DNA of 64,000 bases from Phyllobates terribilis (Eukaryota). The notes beneath the pieces were generated by a model that did no database searches, had not been told where the DNA came from, and saw only the letters and a list, made by a program, of their open reading frames with translations. The stretch's first letter is position 1. Each line of letters begins with the position of its first letter. The stretch lies in contig NW_027362769.1 in NCBI RefSeq assembly GCF_046119375.1, forward strand, positions 52,762,001 to 52,826,000. Reading direction: 5' to 3'. The position numbers and the translations under genes were made by a program. Positions 25,347-37,189 of this stretch are shown here, one piece after another.

Positions 25347-26029
25347 GGCCCCGACGCCGCCGGAGCGCCGCAGCGCGCGAGAGAGAGCGCGTCCACAGAT
25401 AACCAGACAGGAGGGACGGAGTACAAACACAGGTACTCAATGCTCACTAGTGGCGTCATTGCTGCCAGGGGGTGGCCAGTCCCCTGCCACCAATGAAGAC
25501 AGATAGGAGGACAGTGGGGAATAATAATGACGACCTGCCCTGACCTATAACAGTAGAGGGTATAGGACCAATATCTAATAAATCATACCAGATACCATGA
25601 GGTCCTGAGTTATAGTCAGGATTAATAATCCCCCGAATGCTATGCACAGTATGTCAAAATGGGTTTGCATAATTAATGATAAACCAGTGGAAAAAGCCAG
25701 TACAATAAATATAAATACAATAGTTATATAGATGGCTAAATCCATGTACATAAATAGATAGACCACAAGTAGACAGAAATCTTGATAGGAGACCGTCTGG
25801 AAAAATCACTCAAAGGTGTATGATGTTTAGTCCATTATTTAGTAAAACGTCAGAGCCTCGTGTCAGAATAGACAAAAACGATGATGAAGTGATAGTCAAT
25901 AGATGACACAGCACTAGGGATGTCAAAAGGAATAAAATCAATAATGAGTAAATACAACACAACTCATGTGGGAATAAAAGACAGCATTTATAGGAACCCA
26001 TCATTAAAAGTAGCGCAACGAAAAGGTAT

Positions 26030-28504
26030 TTACAGAAAAGACTTGAAGCTAACAGACTCGTTCAAACCAGAGGGCATAACCGTGTCCAATGTGATAATCC
26101 AGCGTGTCTCTTTTTGGAGCAATTTTTGTTTAGTATTGCCTCCCCTAATGCCCATATAGACTCTATCGATGCCACGAGCTGAAAGGCCCTTAGGGTTACA
26201 GCCGTGGGCATCGAAAAAGTGCCTGGGAATAGATTTAAGTTGTTGAGGGTCTGAGCAAGAGGCGGCATTTTTTATATCTCTAATATGTTCCTGAATGCGG
26301 ATTTTGAGGGGTCTTGTGGTCATTCCTATGTAGACTAGATCACACGGACATCGAATATGATAAACGACCGCTTCCGTTTCACATGTGATGTGATGTAAGA
26401 TTTTAAAGTTTTTATTCCTACCGGAGTCTGAAAATTCACCCGTTTTGGTGATATATTTACAGATTGAGCATCTGCCACAGGCGGAACAGCCCCATGGTGG
26501 GCCCTTACTGCCAGGGAAAAATTGTTTTTTTGGAGGGACATAGTGACTTCTGGAGACGATATCTCCGAGGGTCTTAGCTCTACGCCATGTTATAAGTGGT
26601 TGTTTAGTAAGCTGACCGCGTAGATCACGGTCCGTAAGTAAAATAGGCCAATGTTTAGAAAAAATCTTTTTAATATTGATCCAATTAGTATTAAATGTAG
26701 TGATAAATCTAGGTAATATATCAGTGTTTGTTTTCTTTTTAGCATTAGACAGTAGGCTTTGTCTACTAATGGCTTTAGCTCGTAAGAAGCCACGTTTAAT
26801 GTCCTGCTTTGGATAGCCCCTATCCTGAAATCTACGAGATAGATCATATGCTTGATGGCGAAAATTATTGTCGTTAGAACAGATACGTCGTGCCCGTAAA
26901 AATTGCCCTACAGGGATAGAGCTTTTTAGTTTTGGCGGGTGTGAGGAAGAATAGTGTAATAAAGCGTTAGTGGAGGTCTCCTTCCTGAAAATGTCAGTCT
27001 CAATTCTATTATCTTCTGATTTGGTGATAAGTAAGTCTAAAAAGTCAACTGATGTCTGACTATATTTCCAGGTTAAATGAATATTACGAGTATTTTTATT
27101 GAGACTGTGAAGGAATGTCTCCAATTGCGAGATGGAGCCCTGCCAGATAAACAATATATCATCAATATATCTTGACCAGGACATGACGGCTTCATGGCCC
27201 CGTGTGTTAAGGACCGTATCCCTCTCCCACAGCCCCAGGAACAAGTTAGCATATGAGGGCGCACAAGACGCCCCCATTGCTGTGCCCTGGAGCTGCAGGA
27301 AGGGGCGGTCCTTAAACACAAAATAGTTGTGTCTAAGAATAAAATCCAAAAGAGAGAGAATGAATAGTATAAGATCTGGATCAAGATTTGTCATGGTCAG
27401 AAAGAATTGTACAGCCGTCATGCCCTGGTCGTGACGTATCGAGGTATATAAGGACTCCACATCACAAGTAACAAGCCACATATCTTCCTCAAGAGTAATC
27501 CCGTCTAGTCGTTTTAGAACATCAGTGGTATCCCTCACGAAAGATGGGAGAGTCTCCACGCATCTTTGGAGATAAAAATCCACGAATTTACATATAGGTT
27601 CACAAAGACCCCCAATACCCGAGACAATGGGTCTGCCTGGTGGGTGGAGGGGGTCTTTGTGAACCTTGGGCAAAAGATAAAAGGTCGGCACCACTGGATG
27701 TTCCAAAAGTAGTGCCTCTTTCATTTTTGGAAGGATAACCAAGTTATCCACGGCATCATCCAGTAGATGTGAAAGTTCTCTCGCAAAGGTTGTGGTAGGA
27801 ATGTTATCCAGCCTTCTATAATTTTGAACATTATTAAGTTGTCTGAAGGCTTCACGTTCGTATGCTAGGACAGACCATAATACAACGTTCCCGCCCTTGT
27901 CCGCCCTTTTGATGACAATGTCCTTTAGGTTTTTGAGTTCACGGATAGCCTGTCTTTGTGGTCTAGACAGGTTATCCTCAAGGATACCCTCCCTAAGTTG
28001 GAGAAGGTCTTGTTTAACTAACTTGACAAAAATGTCAACCTGAGAGCAGGTAGACAGGGGCGGGAACGCATGTGAACGTCTATACAGATGTGTGGGGAAT
28101 TTCGTAGTATCATCAGCGCTCTGTTCAGCCGCCAAAGACTCGAGATTCTGTAAGGCCCGAATCTCGGCATCCGAAGAGAGCGCTTCTGATCTATGTGGTG
28201 ATGGACTAAAGTACTTCTTAAAGATAAGCTTACGAGCGAATAATTCAAGATCCTTAATGGTGGTAAAGTAATCATAGCCCTCCACCGGTGAAAAAGAGAG
28301 GCCCCTAGACAGCACCTCAATCTGTGGCTTAGATAGAGTGTGTTTAGATAAATTAATTACCTTTAAGTTCTCTTTCCTCTCTTTTGTCTGAAATTGTATG
28401 GATGATTTTTCTTTTGTATATATGGAGTCCTGAGCTGCTGAAGAGTGTTTATGGGCAATGCCTCGCCGGGCAGAGCCCGTTTGTCTAAAGAATGTCCTCC
28501 ACAT
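26030..28504 (-). CDS. Penelope-like RT + GIY-YIG endonuclease polyprotein (824 aa, uninterrupted)
   Basis: VINLS, VIKRADKGGNVV, GRPIVS, CDVESLYTSI, GTAMGA, RYIDD, CSACGRCSIC linker, VVYHIRCPCDLVYIGMTTRPLKIRIQEH. Confidence 0.95.
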   Translation of the reverse strand: MWRTFFRQTGSARRGIAHKHSSAAQDSIYTKEKSSIQFQTKERKENLKVINLSKHTLSKPQIEVLSRGLSFSPVEGYDYFTTIKDLELFARKLIFKKYFSPSPHRSEALSSDAEIRALQNLESLAAEQSADDTTKFPTHLYRRSHAFPPLSTCSQVDIFVKLVKQDLLQLREGILEDNLSRPQRQAIRELKNLKDIVIKRADKGGNVVLWSVLAYEREAFRQLNNVQNYRRLDNIPTTTFARELSHLLDDAVDNLVILPKMKEALLLEHPVVPTFYLLPKVHKDPLHPPGRPIVSGIGGLCEPICKFVDFYLQRCVETLPSFVRDTTDVLKRLDGITLEEDMWLVTCDVESLYTSIRHDQGMTAVQFFLTMTNLDPDLILFILSLLDFILRHNYFVFKDRPFLQLQGTAMGASCAPSYANLFLGLWERDTVLNTRGHEAVMSWSRYIDDILFIWQGSISQLETFLHSLNKNTRNIHLTWKYSQTSVDFLDLLITKSEDNRIETDIFRKETSTNALLHYSSSHPPKLKSSIPVGQFLRARRICSNDNNFRHQAYDLSRRFQDRGYPKQDIKRGFLRAKAISRQSLLSNAKKKTNTDILPRFITTFNTNWINIKKIFSKHWPILLTDRDLRGQLTKQPLITWRRAKTLGDIVSRSHYVPPKKQFFPGSKGPPWGCSACGRCSICKYITKTGEFSDSGRNKNFKILHHITCETEAVVYHIRCPCDLVYIGMTTRPLKIRIQEHIRDIKNAASCSDPQQLKSIPRHFFDAHGCNPKGLSARGIDRVYMGIRGGNTKQKLLQKETRWIITLDTVMPSGLNESVSFKSFL

Positions 28505-29103
28505 TCTTCCTCAGAGGTAGATGAAATGCTTGAGGCCGACTGAGACCTAGTGCGTAATTTATTGTGTCTATTTTTATGATGCCAGTGGTAAATATTCTTG
28601 GATTGATAATCCTCAAGATCCCTCAGATATTTTTTTGTTTTGAAATTCTGGATCTCAGATTCCCATTTGGAAAGTTCTTCCTCCAAAGATAGATCAAAGT
28701 TTTTATACTCATCTATTGGGAGTAGAGATTGAATTTTCTACCACAGGGAATCAATCTCTTTTTCGATAGGTTCTAGCGCCTTTTTATCGGCACCAATAAG
28801 AATTTCTAGTAGAGTGCGTGAACATTTAGTAAGTGTCTCTTCCCACTTACCAGTGAGCACTGAATCTTCAGTGTCCAAAGTGGGAAAGAGTTGGATGCGG
28901 AGCCCTCTGGGTATAATATCTTTACATAGATAAATTTCTAAGGCGGCTTTGTTCCACCATAGTTTAATTCTTTTTTTGAGTAGATCTTTAATTTGCTGCT
29001 TCAAGTCTTTAATGTCACTTGTATCCTTAGAGGTAGTTGACTTCTCACCAAATACCGTCCCGAGTTGAATAACTCGGGCTTTATCTCTCTTTCTAAAGTC
29101 CAT
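28363..29103 (-). pseudogene. PLE upstream ORF (about 246 codons, one internal TAG at 28738-28740)
   Basis: ORF-track pieces 28738-29196 and 28363-28686 are in one frame. ATG at 29103 (MDFRKR). YL..DIIPRGLRIQLFP..KWEETL resembles the PLE N-terminal motif. Different frame from RT, overlapping it by 142 nt. Confidence 0.75.
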
Positions 29104-29143
29104 AAATCCTGTTAAGGAATCTGCAAAAACAATGCAATCAAGT

Positions 29144-29992
29144 AATGACCAAAACAAAAGCAGATCACCAAAGGTGAAATGCCATCTCCAAATCACTAAA
29201 CCAAAAACCCAAACAAAAATCTAATAGGTATCTAAAAGTAAAACAAGTAGAGATATATCCTGAAGAAAAATATAAAGAGATACCCAAGACTCATTGGAGA
29301 TCTATACAAAACATAATCTTTATTCATAGCAACATGTTATTCTAGATAAATACATCACATACAGAGGTATTGGGGAAAGAGCAGCTAAAACAATAGGATA
29401 CAGGGTATATAAACCCAAAATAGTAAGGAGACCGTAGCTAAAGCCCCAGATAGGTATAAATATCACATAAGCAATGATTACATATAGATAAAATATATCA
29501 GAGATGACTAGATTGTTTATGCTGAAAAAAAAGTGCATAGGACAGTGATTGAATCAAAATAAAACAACCGCTGAAGGCACTATACCATGCTGGCTCAGGG
29601 TAAGTATAAGAATCTGAAGTATCTCAGTCCATCTGAGTAGAGATGAGAGACCAGGGACTGATATAAATGAACAGCCTAACATTAGTTTAATCATATGACA
29701 ATATACCGGCCAATGCCGTATAGATAATTACCTTGAGTCATGATAGAGATCAGGGGCTCGTGATAGCGGTCTGCAAAACGCCTCGACGCGCGTTTCGCCT
29801 CAGCTTCGTCAGGAGGCGTGGTTAGAATAAGAGGTGGGTCCTATTTATATGAATGAAAAGTGTGTAACTGCCAATTGGCGCGCTATCCCCCGCGATGCCG
29901 CGCCCCCAGCGATGACGCGGACCGGCGTGCAGCCCGCGGGATGAGGAGGAGGAACGACGTCATCCCCCCCATCACCAAGGCAACCACGCACA
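29144..29992 (-). repeat. PLE 5' terminal repeat (pLTR, truncated in its CpG-rich part)
   Basis: Direct repeat of 24499-25346. Confidence 0.95.
29779..29818 (-). ncRNA. Minimal type I hammerhead ribozyme (5' repeat copy)
   Basis: Identical to 25133-25172. Confidence 0.9.
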
Positions 29993-31206
29993 AATGTTCA
30001 TGTGTCTGCACAAAAGGTTAGAAACCGACTCCATGAGGGTGGTATGAGGGCCCGATGTCCACAGTTGGGAGTAATGCTCACAGCCCAACACAGTGCAGGA
30101 CACTTGGCCTTTGCCTCAGAACACCAGGATTGGCAAAGTTGCCACTGGCGCCCTGTGCTCTTCACAGATGAAAGCAGGTTCACACTGAGCACATGTGACA
30201 GACGTGACAGAGTCTGGAGATGCCGTGGAGAGCGATCTGCAGCCTGCAACATCCTTCAGTATGACCGGTTTGGCAGTGGGTCAGTAATGGTGTGGGGTGA
30301 CATTTCTTTGGAGGGCCGCACAGCCCTCCATGTGCTCGCTAGAGGTAGCCTGACTGCCATTTGGTACCGAGATGAGATCCTCAGACCCCTTGTGAGACTA
30401 TATGCTGGTGCGGTTGGCCCTGGGTTCCTCCTAATGCAGGACAATGCCAGACCTCATGTGGCTGGAGTGTGTCAGCAGTTCCTGCAAGATGAAGGCATTG
30501 AAGCTATGGACTGGCCCACCCGTTCCCCAGACCTGAATCCGATTGAGCACATCTGGGACATCATGTCTCGCTCCATCCACGTACGTCACGTTGCACCACA
30601 GACTGTCCAGGAGTTGGCGGATGCTTTAGTCCAGGTCTCGGAGGAGATCCCACAAGACACCATCCGCAACCTCATCAGCAGCATGCCCAGGCATTGTAGG
30701 GAGGTCATACAGGCACGTGGAGGCCACACACAATACTGAGACTTATTTTGACTTGTTTTAAGGACATTACATCAAAGTTGGATCAGCCTGTAGTGGGTTT
30801 TTCCACTGTAATTTTGGGGGTGACTCCAAATCCAGGCCTCCATTGGTTAATAAATTTGATTTCCATTGATGATTTTTGTGTGATTTTGTTGTCACCACAT
30901 TCAACTTTGTACAGAACAAAGTATTCAATAAGAATATTTCATTCATTCAGATCTAGGATGTGTTATTTGAGTGTTCCCTTTATTTTTTTGAGCAGTGTAC
31001 TTGTTGATGTAATGCAGCACAGGAGCAGATAAAGGTGCTAGCATTCCTTGAGACTCAAAAACTGGTGACAAATTCCTCTTAAAAACCACTTGTTTCAATA
31101 AATATGCGACACAGAGGAGTAAAATGCAAGTTACAGAAATAAAAGGTGGGCATCTTGGGGGGTTTGATTCTGCAGCATAACAGTACATACACACATATAC
31201 TATATA

Positions 31207-33948
31207 CTAGATGGTGGCCCGATTCTAACGCATCGGGTATTCTAGAATAGGTATGCGGCCGACCGGGCGCAAGCAGCAGAGCGGTGTTTACATTTGGCGC
31301 CAAAATCGCAGATTAGTCACGGCCGGCGGTCGCGACTAATCAGCAGAGCGGGGTTTAAATTTGGCGCAAATAATGCTGATTGGTCGTGGCCAGCGAACGC
31401 GACCCATCAGCAGAGCTGGGTTTAAATTTGGCGGCAATAATGCTGATTGGTCGCGACCGCCGGCCGCAAACAATCAGCAGAGCGGTATTTAAATTTGGCG
31501 CCAATAATGGTGATTGGTCACGGCCGCGACCAATCAGCAGAGCGGTGTTTAAATTTGTCAGCAATAATGCTGGTTATTCGTGACCGGTAACCGCGACCAA
31601 TGAGCAGAGCAGTGTTTAAATATGGCGCCAATATCGCTGATTGGTCACGGCCGGTGGTTGCGTCTAATCAGCAGAGCAAGGTTTAAATTTGGCGCCAATA
31701 CTGCTGATTGGTCGCGTCTGCCGTCTGCGACCAATCAGCAGAGCGGGGTTTAAATTTGCCGCACATATCGATGATTGGTCGGGGCCGGCGGCCGCAACCA
31801 ATCAGCGTCGTATTAGTGAGGACCGGGGAGCGGCGCTGCCTGTGCGGGTACTTCCGCTGCGAGCAGCTGGGAGATGAGCGGCTGCTCGCAGCAGAAGCAT
31901 CCCGACCGGCGGCGCCGCTCCTCAGTCCTCCGTTCACACTTGCCGTCGGGAGATCATAGCGCTGTTTAAATTAGGCGCCAATCTCGCTGATTGGTCGCGG
32001 TCGGCTGGCGGCCGCAACCAATCAGCAGAGCGTTGTTTAAATTAGGCGCCAAGCTCGCTGATTGGTCGCGTCTGGCGTCCGCGACCAATCAGCACAACAG
32101 TGTTTAAATGTGGCGGCAAGATCGGTGATTGGTCGCGGCCGCTATTTAAATATGGCGCCCAAATCGGTGATTGGTCGCGGCCGCTGCCCGCGACCAATCA
32201 GCAGAGCGGTGTTTAACTTTAGCGCCAAGATCACTGATTGGTCGCGGGCGGAGAGCGCGACCAATCAGCGAATCGTATTGGTGAGGAGTGGGGAGCGGAA
32301 TCGTATTGGTGAGAACCGGGGAGCGCCACTGCCTGTGCGGATACTTCCGCTGCGAGAAGCCGGGACATGAGCGGGCACTCGCAGCAGAAGTATCCCGACC
32401 CGCAGCGCCGCTCCCCGGTCCTCCCTTGACACGCTAGCCGCTGATGTCCCCACAGTAGAAGCATGGTGTTACAAAGGTCCGGAGATTTGTGCTAAAAATC
32501 GCTGATTGGTCGCTGGCGCTGCCCGCGAGCAATCACCGATTTTGGCGCCACATTTAAATAGCGTCCGCGACCAATCAGTACAGCGCTGTTTAAATGTGGA
32601 GCCAAGATCGGTGATTGGTCGCGGGCAGCGTCCGCGACCAATCAGCACAGTAGTGTTTAACTTTTGCGGCAAGATCAGTGATTGGTCGCGGGCCAAGACC
32701 ACGACCAATCACCGATTTGGGCGCAACATTTAAATAGCGTCCGCGACCAATCAGCACAGCGGTGTTTAAATGTGGCGCCAAGATCGGTGATTGGTCGCGG
32801 CCGATATTTAAATGTGGCGGCCAAATCGGTGATTGGTCGCGGGCAGCGCCAGCGACCAATCAGCGATTTTTAACACAAATGTCCGGACCTTTGTAACACC
32901 ATGCGGATACTGTGGGGACATCAGCGGCTAGCGTGTCAAGGGAGGACCGGGGAGCGGCGCTGCGGGTCGGGATACTTCTGCTGCGAGCGCCCGCTCATGT
33001 CCCGGGTTCTCGCAGCGGAAGTATCCGCGCAGGCAGCGCCGCTGACATCCATGCGGCTAGGGTGTGAAGGGAGGACCGACGAGTGGCGCTGACATCCAAT
33101 TGGTCGTGGCCGCTATTTAAATGTGCCGCACAAATCGGTGATTGGTCGCGGTCTTGGCCCGCGACCAATCACTGATCTTGCCGCAAAAGTTAAACACTAC
33201 TGTGCTGATTGGTCGCGGACGCTGCCCGCGACCAATCACCGATTTTTGGCGCCAAATTTAAATATCGGCCGCGGCCAATCACCGATCTTGGCTCCACATT
33301 TAAACACCGCTGTGCTGATTGGTCGCGGACGCAATTTAAATGTGGAGCCAAAATCGGTGATTGGTCGTACCCGGCGTCGGCGACCAATCAGCACAGCAGT
33401 GTTTAAATGTGGAGCCAAGATCGGTGATTGGTCGCGGCCGATATTTAAATGTGGCGCCCAAATCGGTGATTGGTCACGGGCAGCGTCCGCGACCAATCAG
33501 CACAGCGGTGGTTAACTTTTGCGGTAAGATCAGTGATTGGTCGCGGTCTTCGGACCCAACAAATCATCGAATCGTCTTGGTGAGGATCGGGGAGTGGCGC
33601 TGCCTGTGCGGGTACTTCCGCTGCGAGAACCCGGGACATGAGCGGGCGCTCGCAGCAGAAGTATCCCAATCCGCTGCTACCGGCCGCTCATCTCCCGGCT
33701 GCATCTCCGTCCCGCAGATGGGTCCAGCGGTCGAGGTCCATCTGCTGGTACCGGCCGGGAGATGAGCACCTCGCGCCGGTCATCTCCCGGCTGCATCGCC
33801 GCTGAGCTCCCTCCCGCAGATGAGCCGCTAACGGCCGCCATCTTTTTTCAGAAATCCCGCGGCGCTGATTGGCCCCTGCCGGACCAATGAGCGACGCGGG
33901 ATTTCCAGGACAGACAGACAGACAGAATAAGACGATTATATATATAGA
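31207..33948 (-). mobile_element. Non-autonomous Helitron
   Basis: On the minus strand it begins A|TCTATATATATAAT (33949|33948) and ends with hairpin CCCGATGCGTTAGAATCGGG (31218-31237), 7 nt, then CTAG|T (31210-31207|31206). No TSD; inserted between A and T in TA-rich DNA. Confidence 0.8.
31260..33560. repeat. CpG-rich array of about 60-bp self-complementary units with CCAAT boxes and TTTAAA
   Basis: Unit like CGCGACCAATCAGCAGAGCGGTGTTTAAATTTGGCGCCAATAATGCTGATTGGTCGCG, repeated with variants. Confidence 0.9.
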
Positions 33949-34269
33949 TATATATATATAGATATATATATATATATATATACACGCACACACATTATAC
34001 AAACACGTAAGGTACATACATAGACATGCACATATACAATACATATATATTTACAAACAGTACATATACAGTATACATATACACAAAGTACAGACACATG
34101 GCTTGCACATATACACACATTACATATTGAGCACATACACCTATATACTCACTCTTTTCTGCAGGCAGCTGGATTTCTTCATCATGTGATATTACTTCCT
34201 AGCAGCAGGGGATTTCAGGGCAGTTGCTAGGGCAGTGGTTGCATACACAGGCCTGAGCCCTCCTGTCCT

Positions 34270-34397
34270 GCTCTCAGCCCTGTATCCTCCAGCACTACTG
34301 TAATCCTCTCTCACTCTCAGCCCTGTATCCTCCAGCACTGATCCTCTCTCACTCTAAGCCCTGTATCCTCCAGCACTGATCCTCTCTCACTCTCAGC
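34270..34397. repeat. About 37-bp minisatellite, left part (split by a hAT insertion)
   Basis: CTCTCACTCTCAGCCCTGTATCCTCCAGCACTGATC units. Confidence 0.9.
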
Positions 34398-34495
34398 CAG
34401 GGTCGGACTGGAGTGTCTGGGGTCCAGAGGGGGAATTGACTCTAGGGGCCCACCTACAGGAATATGCACATATCTGTTATCCGCTATCCCTGTAA

Positions 34496-35379
34496 GGCTG
34501 TGTGCCCACGATGCGTTTTTTTAAGCCTTTCCGCAGCGGCAAAAACGCTGCAGAAACGCTTAAAAAACGCATGGGAGAAGGCCTGCCATGTTCCCTAATG
34601 ATAATCCGCATGTGCTGTGCACATACTGCGGAAATTTCCGCTGCGGATTATCATTGCGGAAAAAAACGCAGCACTACTAATTATTTTGCGGAAGTGCTGC
34701 GTTTTCGCCGCCATTGACTTGCATTAGAACGCATGGATTACGCATCACTGTATATGTAGATGCGCATTCCATGCGTTCTAATGTGCGGATGGTACCCAGG
34801 TCTAGAGGACAGGAGACTCTCCTCCAGACCAGGGTACCATAGAACCTGAATAAAATAAAAAATAAATATGATACTTACCTTCTGGCGGCCCCCCGCTGCG
34901 CTCCTCCTCCCTTGCCGGCAAATCGCGATGGACTGAAGGACCTGTGCTGATGTCATAGTCATGTGACGGGTCACGTGACGCTGACGTCGGCAGGTCTTTC
35001 AGTGCAGTGTACCGCGATCTGCCGGCAGTCTACACCGAGTGAAACAAGACTCCGGGGGCCATCAGAAGGTAAGTATAATATTTATTTTTTATTTTTTAAC
35101 ATTCTTTTGGTCACACTATATAAATCCATGCTGTTTGCATGGATTTATATAGTGTGACCAAGTTGTCAAGCACTTTCCAAGTGATGCTAAAATCGCTTGG
35201 AAAGCGCTTGTCAACCCATGCGGAAATGCAAGTGAAGAACGCTTCACATCCGCTTGTCCCTGGCAGGAAAAACGCATGTACAATCCGCATGTACAATCCG
35301 CATCCTTTTTTTCGGCCAGGGAGATGCAGAAACGCTCAGGAAAAAATCCGGAGCATTTCTGCATCGTGGGCGCACAGCC
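34496..35379 (+). mobile_element. PIF/Harbinger-type MITE (same family as 57304-58203, opposite orientation)
   Basis: TAA|GGCTGTGTGCCCACGATGC...GCATCGTGGGCGCACAGCC|TTA. Confidence 0.85.
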
Positions 35380-35920
35380 TTATAGTGAAGCATTGACTGG
35401 CGGCTCCTGCACATCTACTGTGCACATAGTATAACTGGGATGTACAATTACTGTAGTTTGCAGTAAAGGGGTTCTTTGGTTAAAACAAGTTATCATCGAT
35501 CCATGGGCTACACAGGATCGGTGATCACTTATAGACTGCTTGGGTCCGAACATTGGAAAACACACTGATCGGAAGAATGGGGAAGTTTTAGCCCTGACAG
35601 GACACTTATCCACTTATCCCCATTTTAAAATACAGCGGCAGGTGGGACGTCTGACCGCAGCTCCATTCATTCTCTTGGGGGCTTCCAAAAAAGAGCAGCG
35701 CTCGCAGCCACTGAGGGAATGAATGGATCAGTGGTTGAGTCGCACATGAGCTCCAGTCTAATGGGGAGAAAAGCTTCACATTCTGCCGATTATGGGCCAG
35801 CAGTCAGACCCCCACTAATCAATAAGTTATCACTGATCCTGTGGAGAAGTGATTACTTGTTTTCACCATAGACCTTTGTAAGTGTATCTCTGACGCACTG
35901 GTAAAATATTTAATCTCTAA

Positions 35921-36112
35921 GGCCACGGCCCCACTGTCAGTATTTGGTCAGTATTGTTTCTCAGGAGGGTGAGCCAAAACCAGGTGAGGAACAATCAGAG
36001 AAAAGGTATAATAGAAACAAGTCACCAATTCTGCATTTATCACCCACATCTGGTTTTGGCTGCCACTCCTGAGAAAAAATACTGACCAAATACTGATAGT
36101 GGGGCTGTGGCC
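35921..36112 (+). mobile_element. Small PIF/Harbinger-type MITE (same family as 45040-45242)
   Basis: TAA|GGCCACGGCCCCACT...AGTGGGGCTGTGGCC|TAA. Confidence 0.85.
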
Positions 36113-36199
36113 TAATGGAAAAAAATATTTTCCTAGTTAATATCAGCGAGAACAAATGACCGCCATACACAACACAATCCACTATACCAACACCAATAA

Positions 36200-36790
36200 T
36201 ACCACATAGAAAAGGGACAAATATAGCCACACCATGACCAGACCACATATTACCACCACAAAGTGACCGAATAATACCACATACAAGGAACAAATACCGC
36301 CACACCATGACCAGATCACATATTACCACCACAGTGACCGAATAATACCACATACAAGAAACAAATACCGCCACACTATGACCAGATCACATATTACCAC
36401 CACAGTGACCGAATAATACCACATGCAAGCAACAAATACTGCCACACCATGGCCGGACCACATATTACCACCACAAAGTGACCAAATACTACAATACTGA
36501 TCATGAATACAAACCACAATACTAATAACACTGTTATTACCACCAGCAACATTATACACAGGAGCTCTGTATATAGTGTCAGTGTACAGGTAACACCGTG
36601 ATCATCAGTGATATTATACACAGGTGCTCTGTATATAGTGTCAGTGTACAAGTAATACAATGATCACCAGTGACGTTATATAGGAGCTCTGTATATAGTG
36701 TACAGGTAATACAGTGGTCACCAGTGACATACACAGGAGCTCTGTATATACTATATAGTGTAAGTGTACATGTAATACACTGACTCACAA
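36200..36790. repeat. Two adjacent degenerate tandem arrays (about 70-bp and 60-bp units)
   Basis: ACCATGACCAGACCACATATTACCACCACAGTGACCGAATAATACC... and GGAGCTCTGTATATAGTGTCAGTGTACAG... units. Confidence 0.8.
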
Positions 36791-37189
36791 GTGACGTCTC
36801 TAGGTGAAGTCCTTCATCTTTGCTTTTCTTCTTCATCTGGCACAGGCCGCCATCAGTTCTTCCAGCCAGGAATCATCTCTGCATAAAATAACACACAGTT
36901 ATCAATAACTGATCTCTTCTAGAGCACATTCCCACTTTTTCACCCCCGACTTCTACACTACACCAGTTGAAGAAAAAAAGCGACATAGTGCCACCCTGCA
37001 TAGTAACAGGACCCCCTTTCCCCCATTTTGTCTCCTCCCATGGAAAACAGTTTCCTAAAAAGTAAATTATATTACAGAAGTAATAATGTCTCTAATTGGA
37101 CTCTAAAGTAATAATGTTCCCCACTCGCCACCATAAACCAATAAAGTTCCTCAATCTGGCCCCCAAACAGTAATTAAGTCCCTTGTCCA

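Larger units (their letters stand above)
24499..29990 (-). mobile_element. Young Penelope-like retroelement (Neptune-like) with tandem terminal repeats
   Basis: 13-bp TSD CAAATGTTCATGT (24486-24498 / 29991-30003). Direct repeats 24499-25346 and 29144-29992. Intact RT-EN ORF. Confidence 0.95.
23904..30997 (+). mobile_element. Tc1-like transposon interrupted by the intact PLE
   Basis: TA|CACTGCTCAAAAAAATAAAG...CTTTATTTTTTTGAGCAGTG|TA. Transposase remnants at 24270-24498 and 30002-30739 ([23 protein letters not shown]). Confidence 0.93.

Noticed and set aside
31355-33765. Short ORFs in the Helitron as Rep/helicase or captured gene fragments
   Set aside because: All are readings of the CCAAT repeat array; no HUH or helicase motifs.
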